Origin: an uncultured virus (IMG/VR IMGVR_UViG_3300032038_008756)
Lineage: Duplodnaviria > Heunggongvirae > Uroviricota > Caudoviricetes
Direction: 5' to 3' (one strand)
Length of the DNA stretch: 64,000 bases
Virus record (IMG/VR): IMGVR_UViG_3300032038_008756
Translations under genes and position numbers: made by a program
In this document: positions 20,653 to 30,812 of the stretch, one piece after another
Layout of the letters: every line of letters starts with the position of its first letter
How positions within the stretch are numbered: the first letter of the stretch is position 1
Notes under the pieces: model-generated
The model's input: only the letters and a program-made list of their open reading frames with translations
Told to the model about the DNA's origin: nothing
Database searches by the model: none

Positions 20653-20951
20653 TCTGGTTCTTCTTTCATTGCTTTACAATAATTTTCAAATGTCTCACTC
20701 TTTCTTAGATTTCGATATGCAATGGTTGTTGATCCATCTAATATCTCCATTTGCCACTTACCATCTTTAAATTCATTTAGGTAAGTTTCAATGCCAGATA
20801 ATCCACATCTAATTGTAAGATAGAATCCTTCTTCAATTTTTAAACCATCTCTATAAGGTTTAAATCCTTTGAAGAATCCTTTTTTATTGAAATCCGTTAA
20901 TTTATATTCAAGGCATTTCCTGTAATCTGCAAATAATTCTAAATTCTTCAT
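20649..20951 (-). CDS. hypothetical protein
   Basis: 100 aa ORF after the promoter-like motif. Confidence 0.7.
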   Translation of the reverse strand: MKNLELFADYRKCLEYKLTDFNKKGFFKGFKPYRDGLKIEEGFYLTIRCGLSGIETYLNEFKDGKWQMEILDGSTTIAYRNLRKSETFENYCKAMKEEPE

Positions 20952-20979
20952 ACGTAAATAAGGAATTCCTTAACTATGT
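20952..20979. promoter_or_regulatory. back-to-back CCTTA elements in a 28-bp divergent intergenic region
   Basis: cat-a-CGTAAATAAGG-aatt-CCTTAACTATG-t-atg. Confidence 0.7.
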
Positions 20980-21426
20980 ATGGTAATAAAGATATCTTAT
21001 TTTTATAATATTAGATTTTTTGAACCTTGGCAAGTTCCCCTTAGTACTGCTGTCTGGGATCCTAAGTGGTATAGAAAGAATGGTCATCCTTATATTGACA
21101 AAAGGGGCGTTATTTGTGGTCTTAGGTTAGAAGAATTAAATCCAAAATCAGTCAATGCTGGTGGATGTCCCTGTAAAGTAAAGAATCCTGGATCATGTTG
21201 GTTTTTAAAATCTTACCGTGATGGCTTGGATAAAATTAATTTTAATGAGATTTATATTAAGCTTAGTAATATTGCATCTCTTGTGCAGGAACAGACAGGT
21301 CACGAAGCAGAATTGATTCTTATGGTATATGAGACCCCTCTTAATCCATGTAGTGAACGACAACCCCTTATTGATTGGTTTAGAGAACATGGTTTTGAGG
21401 TTACTGAATTTGCCGCTCCAAACTAG
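20980..21426 (+). CDS. DUF488-like protein
   Basis: ISYF, PKWY, ILMVYETP..CSER..LIDWF pattern. Confidence 0.5.
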   Translation: MVIKISYFYNIRFFEPWQVPLSTAVWDPKWYRKNGHPYIDKRGVICGLRLEELNPKSVNAGGCPCKVKNPGSCWFLKSYRDGLDKINFNEIYIKLSNIASLVQEQTGHEAELILMVYETPLNPCSERQPLIDWFREHGFEVTEFAAPN

Positions 21427-21489
21427 TTTCAAAGCCTTATATATGTAAAGACTGGGGTATGTTGCTCCAGTTTATAAAACCTAAAGAAA

Positions 21490-21786
21490 ATGGTAACAGA
21501 ACAACAAAAACGACAGCTCAGGGAATTAGTAAGAACTAGTTCACACTGGGAAACAAGAAAGGAGGAACTGCTCCAGACTATCAATAATCGTCTATCAATG
21601 ATGACAAGTGATCAACAAGCTGGATTCATCAAAGCACTTATTAGTACAACTAGTGTTCATTACATGATGAGCCTTTATACAGGTCAACTAGTAAGAAGCG
21701 GCATGAGTTTTGAAGAAGCTGTAGTTGTAGCAGAAGAAACAATTTTGATAGAGCAATCGATTGTCTTGGAGTTCTATACAAATTGA
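21490..21786 (+). CDS. hypothetical protein
   Basis: ORF with its own CCTTATATATG motif and downstream terminator. Confidence 0.7.
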   Translation: MVTEQQKRQLRELVRTSSHWETRKEELLQTINNRLSMMTSDQQAGFIKALISTTSVHYMMSLYTGQLVRSGMSFEEAVVVAEETILIEQSIVLEFYTN

Positions 21787-21877
21787 GGGTAGAGCTTTAA
21801 AGTTTTACCCTTTATTTTTGCTCCTTACAAAGCTTAGTTTCCTAATACATGAATAACAATAATTTAACTTTTAAAAT

Positions 21878-22600
21878 ATGAATCAGAAACAAACAAAGTT
21901 AGAAGAATTAAAGAAGTTGTATGGTTTTAGTACAGCTTCCATTAAGTGGATTCCCGAAGGCGGAGATCTGCTTAGATACATTGGACTTGAAGTTGTATTT
22001 GTTGATTTTAAGAAAGACGGTAAAGGCGAATGGACTAGTACTTTTAAGCCAGCAAAGATTCTTAATATCAATGATTATGATCCAATGTCAATGACGTATA
22101 ACATCAAGTATCAATTGGATGGGGAAGATGGTTGGAAAGAAGAAAGAATTATTCCTGAGGGTTTTAGTTTTGACATTGCAGGAGCCGGTATACAAAATAC
22201 AATGAATCGTTTTATCCCGGAATCAATGCACTTAGCTTGTATTGAGGAAGATCAGTTTTATAAGAGACTTTTCGAACTCCATGCAAAACGAGATACTCTT
22301 ACAACCCAAGCACTACAGAGTATTAGTTCTAGTAAAGAACAATATAAGACTCTAAAATATGCTTGTAATATTGGAGCTGTATGCAAAACTGTTGATGGTT
22401 TTACTCTATACTTCAGAGTTTGTGGATTAAAGTTAAGACATCAAAAGGGAAAAACATATGAACTAACTCTTACTGACACCGCTAAACACTCTTATGTAAT
22501 TAATGGAATTACGGATGATGATAAATCTTATAAGTGGAGAGTTGGTGGCGAAGAGATTGGTGAATTAAAACTTATTGATCTTCAAGGGCTGAACAATTGA
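21878..22600 (+). CDS. hypothetical protein
   Basis: 240 aa ORF. Confidence 0.75.
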   Translation: MNQKQTKLEELKKLYGFSTASIKWIPEGGDLLRYIGLEVVFVDFKKDGKGEWTSTFKPAKILNINDYDPMSMTYNIKYQLDGEDGWKEERIIPEGFSFDIAGAGIQNTMNRFIPESMHLACIEEDQFYKRLFELHAKRDTLTTQALQSISSSKEQYKTLKYACNIGAVCKTVDGFTLYFRVCGLKLRHQKGKTYELTLTDTAKHSYVINGITDDDKSYKWRVGGEEIGELKLIDLQGLNN

Positions 22601-23109
22601 AAAAGATTGCAATAGATTCATATTATTATAGTAGTACAGATTGTTATACTGTTGGGGTAATATTTGAGGACTGGAAACAAGGAACCCCGTCAGAAATAAT
22701 AAGCTGCCATAGTTCTGAGTTTGAGGATTATATACCTGGAGAGTTTTATAAAAGGGAATTACCAGGAATATTATCTCTCTTACAACAGATAAACTTAGAA
22801 GAATATGATACTATAATCTTAGATTCTTTCCTAGTATTGATAGAAGAGGGTGAGATTAAGCCTGGACTTGGAGCAAATTTAGAAGAAAACTCGAAGATAA
22901 CTCTTATAGGTGTTGCTAAATCTCAATTTGGCTCAAATCAAGAGATTAGTGTACCAGTTCTCAGAGGAAAAGCAACAAATCCTCTTTGGGTTCAGGGAAT
23001 TGGAATTTCTAATGAAGACGCAGCTAAATTAATAAAAAATATGGCCGGGAAATATAGAATTCCGACACTTCTTAAGATTTTAGATAAAGAAACAAAGAAA
23101 TATGGGTGA
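22597..23109 (+). CDS. nfi: endonuclease V
   Basis: IAIDSYY, YIPGEFYKRELP, IILDS, GLGA, IGVAKS, RIPTLLK. Confidence 0.88.
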   Translation: MKKIAIDSYYYSSTDCYTVGVIFEDWKQGTPSEIISCHSSEFEDYIPGEFYKRELPGILSLLQQINLEEYDTIILDSFLVLIEEGEIKPGLGANLEENSKITLIGVAKSQFGSNQEISVPVLRGKATNPLWVQGIGISNEDAAKLIKNMAGKYRIPTLLKILDKETKKYG

Positions 23110-23326
23110 ATACATAATTGATCCAGTAATTTCTAGATACTTTAAAACTCGAGTTGAAGGAAAATATCGATTTATTAAGTATGATCAATATTCTGAGGAA
23201 GATTTGAACGTAACATTAAGAGGTTTTAATGCTTCAATAAATGCATTTTTGAAATCAATAGTTGGAGAAATGGTGTAATGAACAAGAGAGGTGGCTTAGG
23301 TCATCTTTCTTTTCCTTATATATGTT

Positions 23327-23572
23327 ATGAGAAAAATAATTTTAATATTTATTGCATTATGTACGTTAAGTGCATGTAATGATAAAGAAAGTGAAAAGGC
23401 AGAAAAGAAGAAAAAAGAAATTGTACTGCAAAAATTAGAAATAGATAGAAATCTTATTGTCTATACTGTTAAAGTAGATGGACATAAGTTCGTTATTAGT
23501 ACAACTGGATATGCCGAGGGTGGTACATCAACTGTACACTCACCGGGATGTGATTGCTTCAAAAAGAAATGA
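23327..23572 (+). CDS. putative lipoprotein
   Basis: signal peptide with lipobox LSAC. Confidence 0.7.
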   Translation: MRKIILIFIALCTLSACNDKESEKAEKKKKEIVLQKLEIDRNLIVYTVKVDGHKFVISTTGYAEGGTSTVHSPGCDCFKKK

Positions 23573-23871
23573 TAGTACCTCTTATTATAGGAATATTTCT
23601 CTGGTTATCTTGGGTATTCATTATCAGAACAACATGGATACTAGATTATCATTGTGATACACACAAGAAGGAAAATTTTCCAGTAATATTCCCAATCATA
23701 GGTCTTATTCCGTTCATGATATCTTCTAGAGAATCTATGTGGTTAGGAGTATTCTTAAATGGTTTAGGATTTATAGCTTTGTTTATATGGATGTGCGTAT
23801 ATGGAGAAGATTATCCATTACGAAGTTTCTTAAAATTACTAATAAGTAATATTAATGGAGAATCAAAATAG
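23569..23871 (+). CDS. small membrane protein
   Basis: hydrophobic; IFLWLSWVFIIRT shared with the next ORF. Confidence 0.65.
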   Translation: MIVPLIIGIFLWLSWVFIIRTTWILDYHCDTHKKENFPVIFPIIGLIPFMISSRESMWLGVFLNGLGFIALFIWMCVYGEDYPLRSFLKLLISNINGESK

Positions 23872-24175
23872 TTTTTTAGTAGCAGTAGAGATAATAAATA
23901 TTTTTCTATGGTTATCATGGGTATTTTGCATTAGAACATTAGTAAAAGAACAACGTGACGGAATATTAAAAAGGATAAAACTACCTCTAGGCTGGTTTAT
24001 AATATCTATTATCCCAAGTTTTATTTTAGTACCAGAAGCGCAAATCTTTTCAATTATTAGTAATGCAGTAATACTTTTTATAGTAATTATGGAAAAATGT
24101 TTGGAAGGTTATGAATTTAATTTTAAATTAATGAAAATTATATATAAAATTTGGAATATAGAATTAAATAAATGA
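23855..24175 (+). CDS. small membrane protein, tandem paralog
   Basis: IFLWLSWVFCIRT. Confidence 0.65.
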   Translation: MENQNSFLVAVEIINIFLWLSWVFCIRTLVKEQRDGILKRIKLPLGWFIISIIPSFILVPEAQIFSIISNAVILFIVIMEKCLEGYEFNFKLMKIIYKIWNIELNK

Positions 24176-24265
24176 GGGTAATTGTATCCCTCTTTATTTT
24201 TTTTGATGAAGAAAAAAGAAAGAAGATACTCTTTAATAGTAGTATCCTCTCTCCTTTATAATAAT

Positions 24266-24592
24266 TTATTTTACTTCCTTGAAAAGGTCATCCAACGTAT
24301 CTTTTGCAATTTTTAACTGAACTTCAATCTCATACTTCTTACACTTTGCCTCTTGAAGGGCGTTAGCCCAAGCATCGACATTCCAATTTTTACTGCCAGG
24401 CAAAAGAGAATCCTTAGATTCTAGAGCTAAGTCCGTAAGATTTGTAATTGTTAACTCAACCTTTTGAAGTTGCGCTTCAAGGTTATTAATAATCACTTTC
24501 TGAGCTGTTTCACCCTGCTGTGCAAGTATAGTTGCTCTACGTTCTAATGTTTTAGAACCATCACTAGTAATTAACTGCAAAAACTTATTCAT
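24266..24592 (-). CDS. hypothetical coiled-coil protein
   Basis: 108 aa ORF. Confidence 0.7.
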   Translation of the reverse strand: MNKFLQLITSDGSKTLERRATILAQQGETAQKVIINNLEAQLQKVELTITNLTDLALESKDSLLPGSKNWNVDAWANALQEAKCKKYEIEVQLKIAKDTLDDLFKEVK

Positions 24593-24702
24593 ATTTTTTT
24601 ATTAAAAGTTGTTTATATTTTTGATCGATGCACGCCACTATTCACTCCGAACATAGTTCTCGTTCATTTGTGGAATTGTGCTTAGCGATAATAGTTGAAG
24701 GG

Positions 24703-25206
24703 TTAAAGTGCAAAAAACGCCCTAACTCGACAGAAAGCATCCGTATTGAACTTAGTGGCGTCGTACACGAGACCGCCGTACGTACTCACGGTCCTAGCAG
24801 TATCAGAAGAGGACCCAGAACTAGACCAACACCAGTATGCATCACCATTATAGGTACAAATGTGGTCTGCATCAACCCCCTTTTCTCTAAGACTATCTAC
24901 AGTTTTATCAATTTCTTCATGATATGACCAAGCTCTCATTAATTCCTCCTGACTTGGCATATACCACCCATTTCCCTTTTCTTTAAAGTATTTATCTTCA
25001 TCATTCCAAGATCCATCTCCATGTCTTTCAAGCTTTAGAGACATTATCTTAGCAGGAGTACCATCACATTTTAGTTCTACGATCAAACCTTTATTTTTGC
25101 CGTCATCGTAATAGTCTCCTATATTATAATCATAATTATTTGTTATTTTTACAGGTGAATTTTTCTGTTTTTCTTTCCACCAATATTTTGTAAATATTCT
25201 TATCAT
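24703..25206 (-). CDS. DUF1566/C-type-lectin-like protein, probable DGR target
   Basis: GWYMPSQEEL, YWCWSSS, terminal RVRAFFAL; GC-rich 3' end with many NNC codons. Confidence 0.7.
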   Translation of the reverse strand: MIRIFTKYWWKEKQKNSPVKITNNYDYNIGDYYDDGKNKGLIVELKCDGTPAKIMSLKLERHGDGSWNDEDKYFKEKGNGWYMPSQEELMRAWSYHEEIDKTVDSLREKGVDADHICTYNGDAYWCWSSSGSSSDTARTVSTYGGLVYDATKFNTDAFCRVRAFFAL

Positions 25207-25256
25207 ATGCTAATAAGGATTTTACGTTTAGTTAAACAATAAAACCTTACTTATGT

Positions 25257-25565
25257 ATGAAAATATTAAAAATAATAGAACCAAAGATAAAACGTGCAAT
25301 TTATAAACTCCCAAAACGAGTCACTAAAAGAAAGTGGTTACCCAATAAAATTTTAGAGGAGGGATGGTACTACTATGATCTAGAAACACCTGCAGTTTTA
25401 ACTGTTGGACAAGAATTTATTGTTCCAGATAAAGATGACCAGAATGTTAGTTATATCTGTGAATATGGAAAACTAGTTACTGAGGATGAAGGAAAAACTT
25501 TTATTAATCGACTTGATTTTATAATGCTTAAGAGAGTTCTAGAAAATGAGCAAACGGGGTTATAG
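25257..25565 (+). CDS. hypothetical protein
   Basis: ATG directly after CCTTACTTATG. Confidence 0.65.
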   Translation: MKILKIIEPKIKRAIYKLPKRVTKRKWLPNKILEEGWYYYDLETPAVLTVGQEFIVPDKDDQNVSYICEYGKLVTEDEGKTFINRLDFIMLKRVLENEQTGL

Positions 25566-25935
25566 TATAAAAATTGATATTACTAGATCAGATATGATAA
25601 GGGCAGTGGAGCAAGAAGGTTTCCTACAGGCTACCTTTTTATCATTAGCAAAAGAACTTAGTTATACTAAAAAATCTCTAATAGATTATTATTGTTTTAC
25701 AAAAGGAGATTTAAACTACAGATTTTGCTGGAAAGATGATTTTGATAAGCAAAAGATTCTAGAATTTCTTAACTTAATAATTACCAATGAGGGTATGATA
25801 GATGATAGGAAGATTAGACATTTTCATGGAGTAACTATATTTATCTTGAGTTATCCAGAATTATACTCTAAGTACTCTATAGAAACTGTCTCTAGGAAAA
25901 TATTTAATAAACGTATTATAAAAAATTTATATTAA
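25546..25935 (+). CDS. hypothetical protein
   Basis: 129 aa ORF in operon. Confidence 0.65.
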   Translation: MSKRGYSIKIDITRSDMIRAVEQEGFLQATFLSLAKELSYTKKSLIDYYCFTKGDLNYRFCWKDDFDKQKILEFLNLIITNEGMIDDRKIRHFHGVTIFILSYPELYSKYSIETVSRKIFNKRIIKNLY

Positions 25936-26864
25936 TGAAAAAAGCAATAGTTATTTATCATAGGGTAGATTATGATGGAATTTATAGTTGTTGTGTAGCA
26001 CTAAAATGGCTAAAAGAAAATAATTCTTATATTGATTGGGACATTTATGGCTATACTTATGGGGATATTCTCCCCAATTATGAAGAATGGTGTTCTAAGT
26101 ATGATACTATTATAATGTCTGATATTTCATTTCCAGACTCTGTAATGTTATACTTAAAGAAAAATGCTAGGAATTTGATTTGGTGTGATCATCATATTAC
26201 AGCATTAGAAAGGGCTAAAGTTTCTGGATTTAATGATATACCAGGAATTAGAGAGATAGGACAAGGAGCTTGTGAACTTACCTGGAGATACCTATTTAAA
26301 ACTGAGGCACCATACTTCATTCAGCTTCTTAGTACCTATGATGTTTGGGATAAGAAGAGATTTGACTGGGAAAATGAAGTTATACCTTTACAGTATTCTC
26401 TTAAAGCAAAGTATAGTCTTTCAATAGATTTAGCGTCTTTACATTTTGAAGAGTCGCTTAAGTTATCTCCATCCAATTCCGATGAAGTTATATCTTTAGG
26501 AAAGCTAATTCAAGACTATCAAGACCAAAAGAATAAGAGTGCTGTTAGAAATTATAGTTTTCCTATAACAGTTGCTAATAAGTTTAAAGGAATTTGTATT
26601 TTAGGGACTGATTTTGGAAGTGGCATATTTAAAGAAGTTATGGCAGATTATGATGTTTATTCTGTAGCCAATATGAGAACTATGGAAGATGGAACTAAAA
26701 CATTTCAAGTGTCACTTTATGCAGAACCTGGACGAATAGACTTTAACTTAGGTGAATATGTATATAAAAAGTATGGAGATAGAGCTGGAGGTCATGCTTG
26801 TGCTTGTGGTTTAAAACTTGATTTAGAAGAATTTTTAAAACTTATAATAGACGGTGAGATATGA
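25935..26864 (+). CDS. DHH-family phosphoesterase
   Basis: YHRVDYDG, SDIS, CDHH, GGHACACG. Confidence 0.88.
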   Translation: MKKAIVIYHRVDYDGIYSCCVALKWLKENNSYIDWDIYGYTYGDILPNYEEWCSKYDTIIMSDISFPDSVMLYLKKNARNLIWCDHHITALERAKVSGFNDIPGIREIGQGACELTWRYLFKTEAPYFIQLLSTYDVWDKKRFDWENEVIPLQYSLKAKYSLSIDLASLHFEESLKLSPSNSDEVISLGKLIQDYQDQKNKSAVRNYSFPITVANKFKGICILGTDFGSGIFKEVMADYDVYSVANMRTMEDGTKTFQVSLYAEPGRIDFNLGEYVYKKYGDRAGGHACACGLKLDLEEFLKLIIDGEI

Positions 26865-27142
26865 TGTATAGAAATGATGTATTAAAAGAAGTTTGTAGAT
26901 TTACTCTTGCTACTGCCACAGAAGACAGAATTAATAAGTTTACAAACTTCGGCGCAACCTTAGTAGTTAATCCAAGGGTTCCTACTAATAAAGCCAAATA
27001 TATGCTTATTGATTTAATTGAAAAAAAATTTACATTCCTGTCTTCAGAATTTGAAGGATCCAGTTTAATGAATATTGCATTACTTAATGAATTCTATGCA
27101 GGTGAATCTTTAGAAACATTAGTTACTATTCCAATCACCTGA
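26861..27142 (+). CDS. hypothetical protein
   Basis: 93 aa ORF coupled to the DHH gene. Confidence 0.6.
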   Translation: MMYRNDVLKEVCRFTLATATEDRINKFTNFGATLVVNPRVPTNKAKYMLIDLIEKKFTFLSSEFEGSSLMNIALLNEFYAGESLETLVTIPIT

Positions 27143-27447
27143 AAACCTTATATATGAATGGAAAAGAATCTAAAAGAGAATAAAGAACTTAGGGTTCGTA
27201 TTATGTCAGTAGAAAAACTTTAGCTTACATGATGTGAAATTTCAGAATAGGTTTAAGACGTCTGTGAAGATATTCTTAAGCTAAAATTTCTGAAACCTAA
27301 ATAATATAAGAGAAATCTTATATCTTTATTTTTGTTCTTATAAAGATGTAATAATGGTTCTTTTACATGTATAATTTGCTTTTTATAGGCCTTGAAATTC
27401 TTATACTTGAATGAACTTAAAGAAAAATTTAAAATAGTTTAAGAACA

Positions 27448-28962
27448 ATGGCAAAAAATCAATTAAACAACATTAACGTATCAATTTTTTGTGCGTTAAA
27501 GGTAAGTGAGAAGTCGAAAGTACCTACACTATTAATTGCAAATCCAGGTACTGGAAAATCAAGCACTGTAGAATTGTTTGCAGAAGTAAGAGGTTATAAA
27601 CTTATTCTCCTTCGTGGAAACAGCGAATCAGCTGAAACTATTCTTGGATATGATGTAGCACCTACAGACACATCAAAATCCAATTCGACAAAACACTTAC
27701 GACCTGAATGGTTTGAGAGAATTTTAGAGGCAGATGCAAGGGGTGATAAATGTCTTCTTTTCCTTGATGAGATTACTACTGCTACTGAGTATGTTCAGGC
27801 AGCGCTTCTTCACCTTATTTTTGAGCGTAAAGTTGGTGCTGAAAGTATTCCTGAATCTACACTTATTGTATCAGCCGGTAACTATGCATCTAACCTAAGT
27901 AATAGTATGATTATGTTGCCTCCTCTTATGAATCGATTTATGATTTATAACATTGTTCCAGAGCCTGATGATCTCGAAAAGTTCCTTTGCAAATATAACG
28001 GCGCTATTGTCGGAAAGAAGCAGAACTATTTCGAAGAAATCAAAAAGACTATGGAAGAAATCGATAAACAAGAGCTTGCCCTGGATGAAGATACCATGGA
28101 CAAAATCGGCGATTATATCGAACGTAATATTCGAATGACAGCTAAGCAGCTAATGACAGGTGGACATAAGATGATTGACCTCAAGGTTACTGATCTTCAG
28201 AATATCTACTCTGATTTAGCTGATGACTCTAAGTTGCCAGGTTTTGTAACTCTTCGTACTCTCAATTATCTCCGTGATGTTACAGTTGCTGCATATAAGT
28301 GCTTTGGTAAGCCAGGAATCACATCTGATAACTATCGGAATATGGTCACTGGTCTAGTAGGACTTGGTGTAATTCGTAATTCTAAGGGAGAAACTGAGAA
28401 TAAAGATGTTACTAATGAGTTCTATACTGCAATTGCTAGTGTTGTTAATGAAATCGAGAAGATGAACAATTCTAAACTTCCTGCATATGAGAAGTTCTTT
28501 GTTCAGGCGATCGATGGAAAAACAAAATTAGAAGTATCAGACATGAATGCAATTATCAATAAGATCAAAGAGATGAAGAATGATCGTGACATTGATAATA
28601 TTGAGCGACCTATTGATTCTTCACTTATCGGAAAGATGTGTGAGGCACTAAAGAGATCTGGCCGCGATGTTGCTGCAATCAAGTTTAATAAATCTTCTAA
28701 GATTTTGAATAATCAGATTACAGTAGAACAATTTAATGCAATTGCTAGTAATTGGACTTATATTGCTAACATGATGACTGAAATTGGTCGTCTGGTAAAT
28801 GACTCTAAAAGAGGTTATAAGTCAGATGCTACTGATGTCATTAAGCAGGCAACAGAAGATCTTGGTAAATCTGGATTTAAACTCCGTGGTATTAGAAAAC
28901 TTATTATCTTGGAGGATCCAGCAATGGGTAATATAATTCCAGAAATTAAGAGCTTCGAATAA
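27448..28962 (+). CDS. MoxR-like AAA+ ATPase
   Basis: ANPGTGKS, LFLDEI, VQAALL, SAGN, PPLMNRF. Confidence 0.88.
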   Translation: MAKNQLNNINVSIFCALKVSEKSKVPTLLIANPGTGKSSTVELFAEVRGYKLILLRGNSESAETILGYDVAPTDTSKSNSTKHLRPEWFERILEADARGDKCLLFLDEITTATEYVQAALLHLIFERKVGAESIPESTLIVSAGNYASNLSNSMIMLPPLMNRFMIYNIVPEPDDLEKFLCKYNGAIVGKKQNYFEEIKKTMEEIDKQELALDEDTMDKIGDYIERNIRMTAKQLMTGGHKMIDLKVTDLQNIYSDLADDSKLPGFVTLRTLNYLRDVTVAAYKCFGKPGITSDNYRNMVTGLVGLGVIRNSKGETENKDVTNEFYTAIASVVNEIEKMNNSKLPAYEKFFVQAIDGKTKLEVSDMNAIINKIKEMKNDRDIDNIERPIDSSLIGKMCEALKRSGRDVAAIKFNKSSKILNNQITVEQFNAIASNWTYIANMMTEIGRLVNDSKRGYKSDATDVIKQATEDLGKSGFKLRGIRKLIILEDPAMGNIIPEIKSFE

Positions 28963-29015
28963 GAATATGCCTCAGGGAATTTCCTTGGGGTATATAACTT
29001 CAAAGAGAAAAATAT

Positions 29016-30812
29016 ATGAGAACAAAACAAGAATTAGACATCATTAAAGGATTTATTGATAGCGCTTATAATCGTTTTGGTAACCTTTTAAAGGTCAATA
29101 CAGATAAGAAGCTTGATTTACAGAATCCTGAATTTGGTTATTGTTATAAAGATACTATTCTTGATCATGGTCAGGAGAAGTATTTCTATAACATTGTCTG
29201 TGCAAAAATGGGTATTCCTAGGAGTGATTTTAGAATTATGATGCATGAATATGGTCATATTTATCTTGGTCACCTAGATGGTATTCACGAATTTTTGGAT
29301 ACACAAATTTGTAATGTATTCCGAGATCATCGTGGAGAACTCATTGAGCGAATTAATAAAGAATGTGGTATTGATTTTGCCGACAAGCTAATTGAGCGTG
29401 TAATTGATGATCCTATTCTCAATCACTCTCTTCATAATATTGCTATGGACATGGAGGTTAACTCAAAAGTTCTTAGTACAGAAGATGTAGAGGAAATGGA
29501 ATCTGATATTACTAAAGTTCTTACGGAGTATCAGAAAGAAAAACTCGAGAAGATGAAGGTTGGGGCATCAGATGGGCTAAAAAAGCAAATTGATGATGCT
29601 ATTAACCGTATGAAGAATGAAGCTGTAATTAAGCTTATTGTTCCATGTAGATACTATACTGCTCCGAATGTTCCTTTTGAAGATGAACTATCTTATCCAG
29701 AATACTTAATGCTTATCATTGAACATCTTGATCAATTTGTAAAGATGTTAGTTTCTATTAAAAATGGTGGAAATGGTGATACTAGTCAAGTAACTGCAGA
29801 AGATGTTCAGAAAGCTTTAGAAGACATGAAGAACGGTGGATCCGGCTCCGATATGGACTCTCTTGATGGTCTTATGCAACAAATGGGTATGTCTGATGGT
29901 GGAAGTAATCCTAGTCAACAATCCGGATCTGGCAATGGACAAGATGGAGTTCCTAATAGTATTGGACAACATGATCCTATGACAGGTGGCAAAGGCTCAG
30001 CGCAAGCACAGGATAGTCCTTATCAAGGTGTACGTGAAGATCCTACACTTAATGGTAATCAGGATAAGCCTGGTGGTTCTCATAAAGATCACTCTAGTCC
30101 TTCTAGAAAAGAAGCCGATGAAAAACGAGATTTAGGCGAAATTCAAAGTGGTGCTGGTCTTGGATGTGGCTCATCTGGAGGTCCTGGTGGTACTCGATTG
30201 GTTAAGGATACAGATGAAGTAGATGAGGCTATTGATGAAGTTATTAATAACCTTAAAAGCAAAGTAGTCAAGCGTGAAATGAGAAAAGATGTAATGTGGA
30301 ATTACAATCGAGGAATTAATCGTAAAGTAATTGCTCCTTCCATCAAATCTAAAGTAACAATGAGCACTGAACCTAAGCTAGTATTCTTAATTGATATATC
30401 CGGTTCTATGGATACGTGCTTAATTGATCGAATCTTAACTACTATCTCAAAGAAGATGCGACACTTAGGAACTGGTCGTGGTCTTAAATATGATATTATT
30501 TCCTGGTCTACATGTCTTGGAGAGCATATTAAAGATATAGATCCTAGAAAGCCTATTACTCGAATCTCCTGTGGTGGTGGTACTAGAATGGCTCGTGGTA
30601 TAGAGTATTTCAGAACGCACTATGATCCTAGTGCAACTCTTATCTTGATTTCGGATTTTGAAGATTATCTTGAAGAGTGGCATCAGCAGGAACTTAGGAT
30701 GCCTGAATATACTATGTATGGTTTCAACTATGGTTATAGTAACTTTAATCAAGAATTCAAATACTTTAAAGTAAAGAACTTTAATAACGATCGTTATGGC
30801 AGAAGTTGGTAA
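29016..30812 (+). CDS. VWA plus HExxH metallopeptidase-like protein (DUF2201-like)
   Basis: HEYGH, NIAMDMEVN, Gly/Ser-rich linker, MIDAS DISGS, GGGT, LISD. Confidence 0.85.
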   Translation: MRTKQELDIIKGFIDSAYNRFGNLLKVNTDKKLDLQNPEFGYCYKDTILDHGQEKYFYNIVCAKMGIPRSDFRIMMHEYGHIYLGHLDGIHEFLDTQICNVFRDHRGELIERINKECGIDFADKLIERVIDDPILNHSLHNIAMDMEVNSKVLSTEDVEEMESDITKVLTEYQKEKLEKMKVGASDGLKKQIDDAINRMKNEAVIKLIVPCRYYTAPNVPFEDELSYPEYLMLIIEHLDQFVKMLVSIKNGGNGDTSQVTAEDVQKALEDMKNGGSGSDMDSLDGLMQQMGMSDGGSNPSQQSGSGNGQDGVPNSIGQHDPMTGGKGSAQAQDSPYQGVREDPTLNGNQDKPGGSHKDHSSPSRKEADEKRDLGEIQSGAGLGCGSSGGPGGTRLVKDTDEVDEAIDEVINNLKSKVVKREMRKDVMWNYNRGINRKVIAPSIKSKVTMSTEPKLVFLIDISGSMDTCLIDRILTTISKKMRHLGTGRGLKYDIISWSTCLGEHIKDIDPRKPITRISCGGGTRMARGIEYFRTHYDPSATLILISDFEDYLEEWHQQELRMPEYTMYGFNYGYSNFNQEFKYFKVKNFNNDRYGRSW

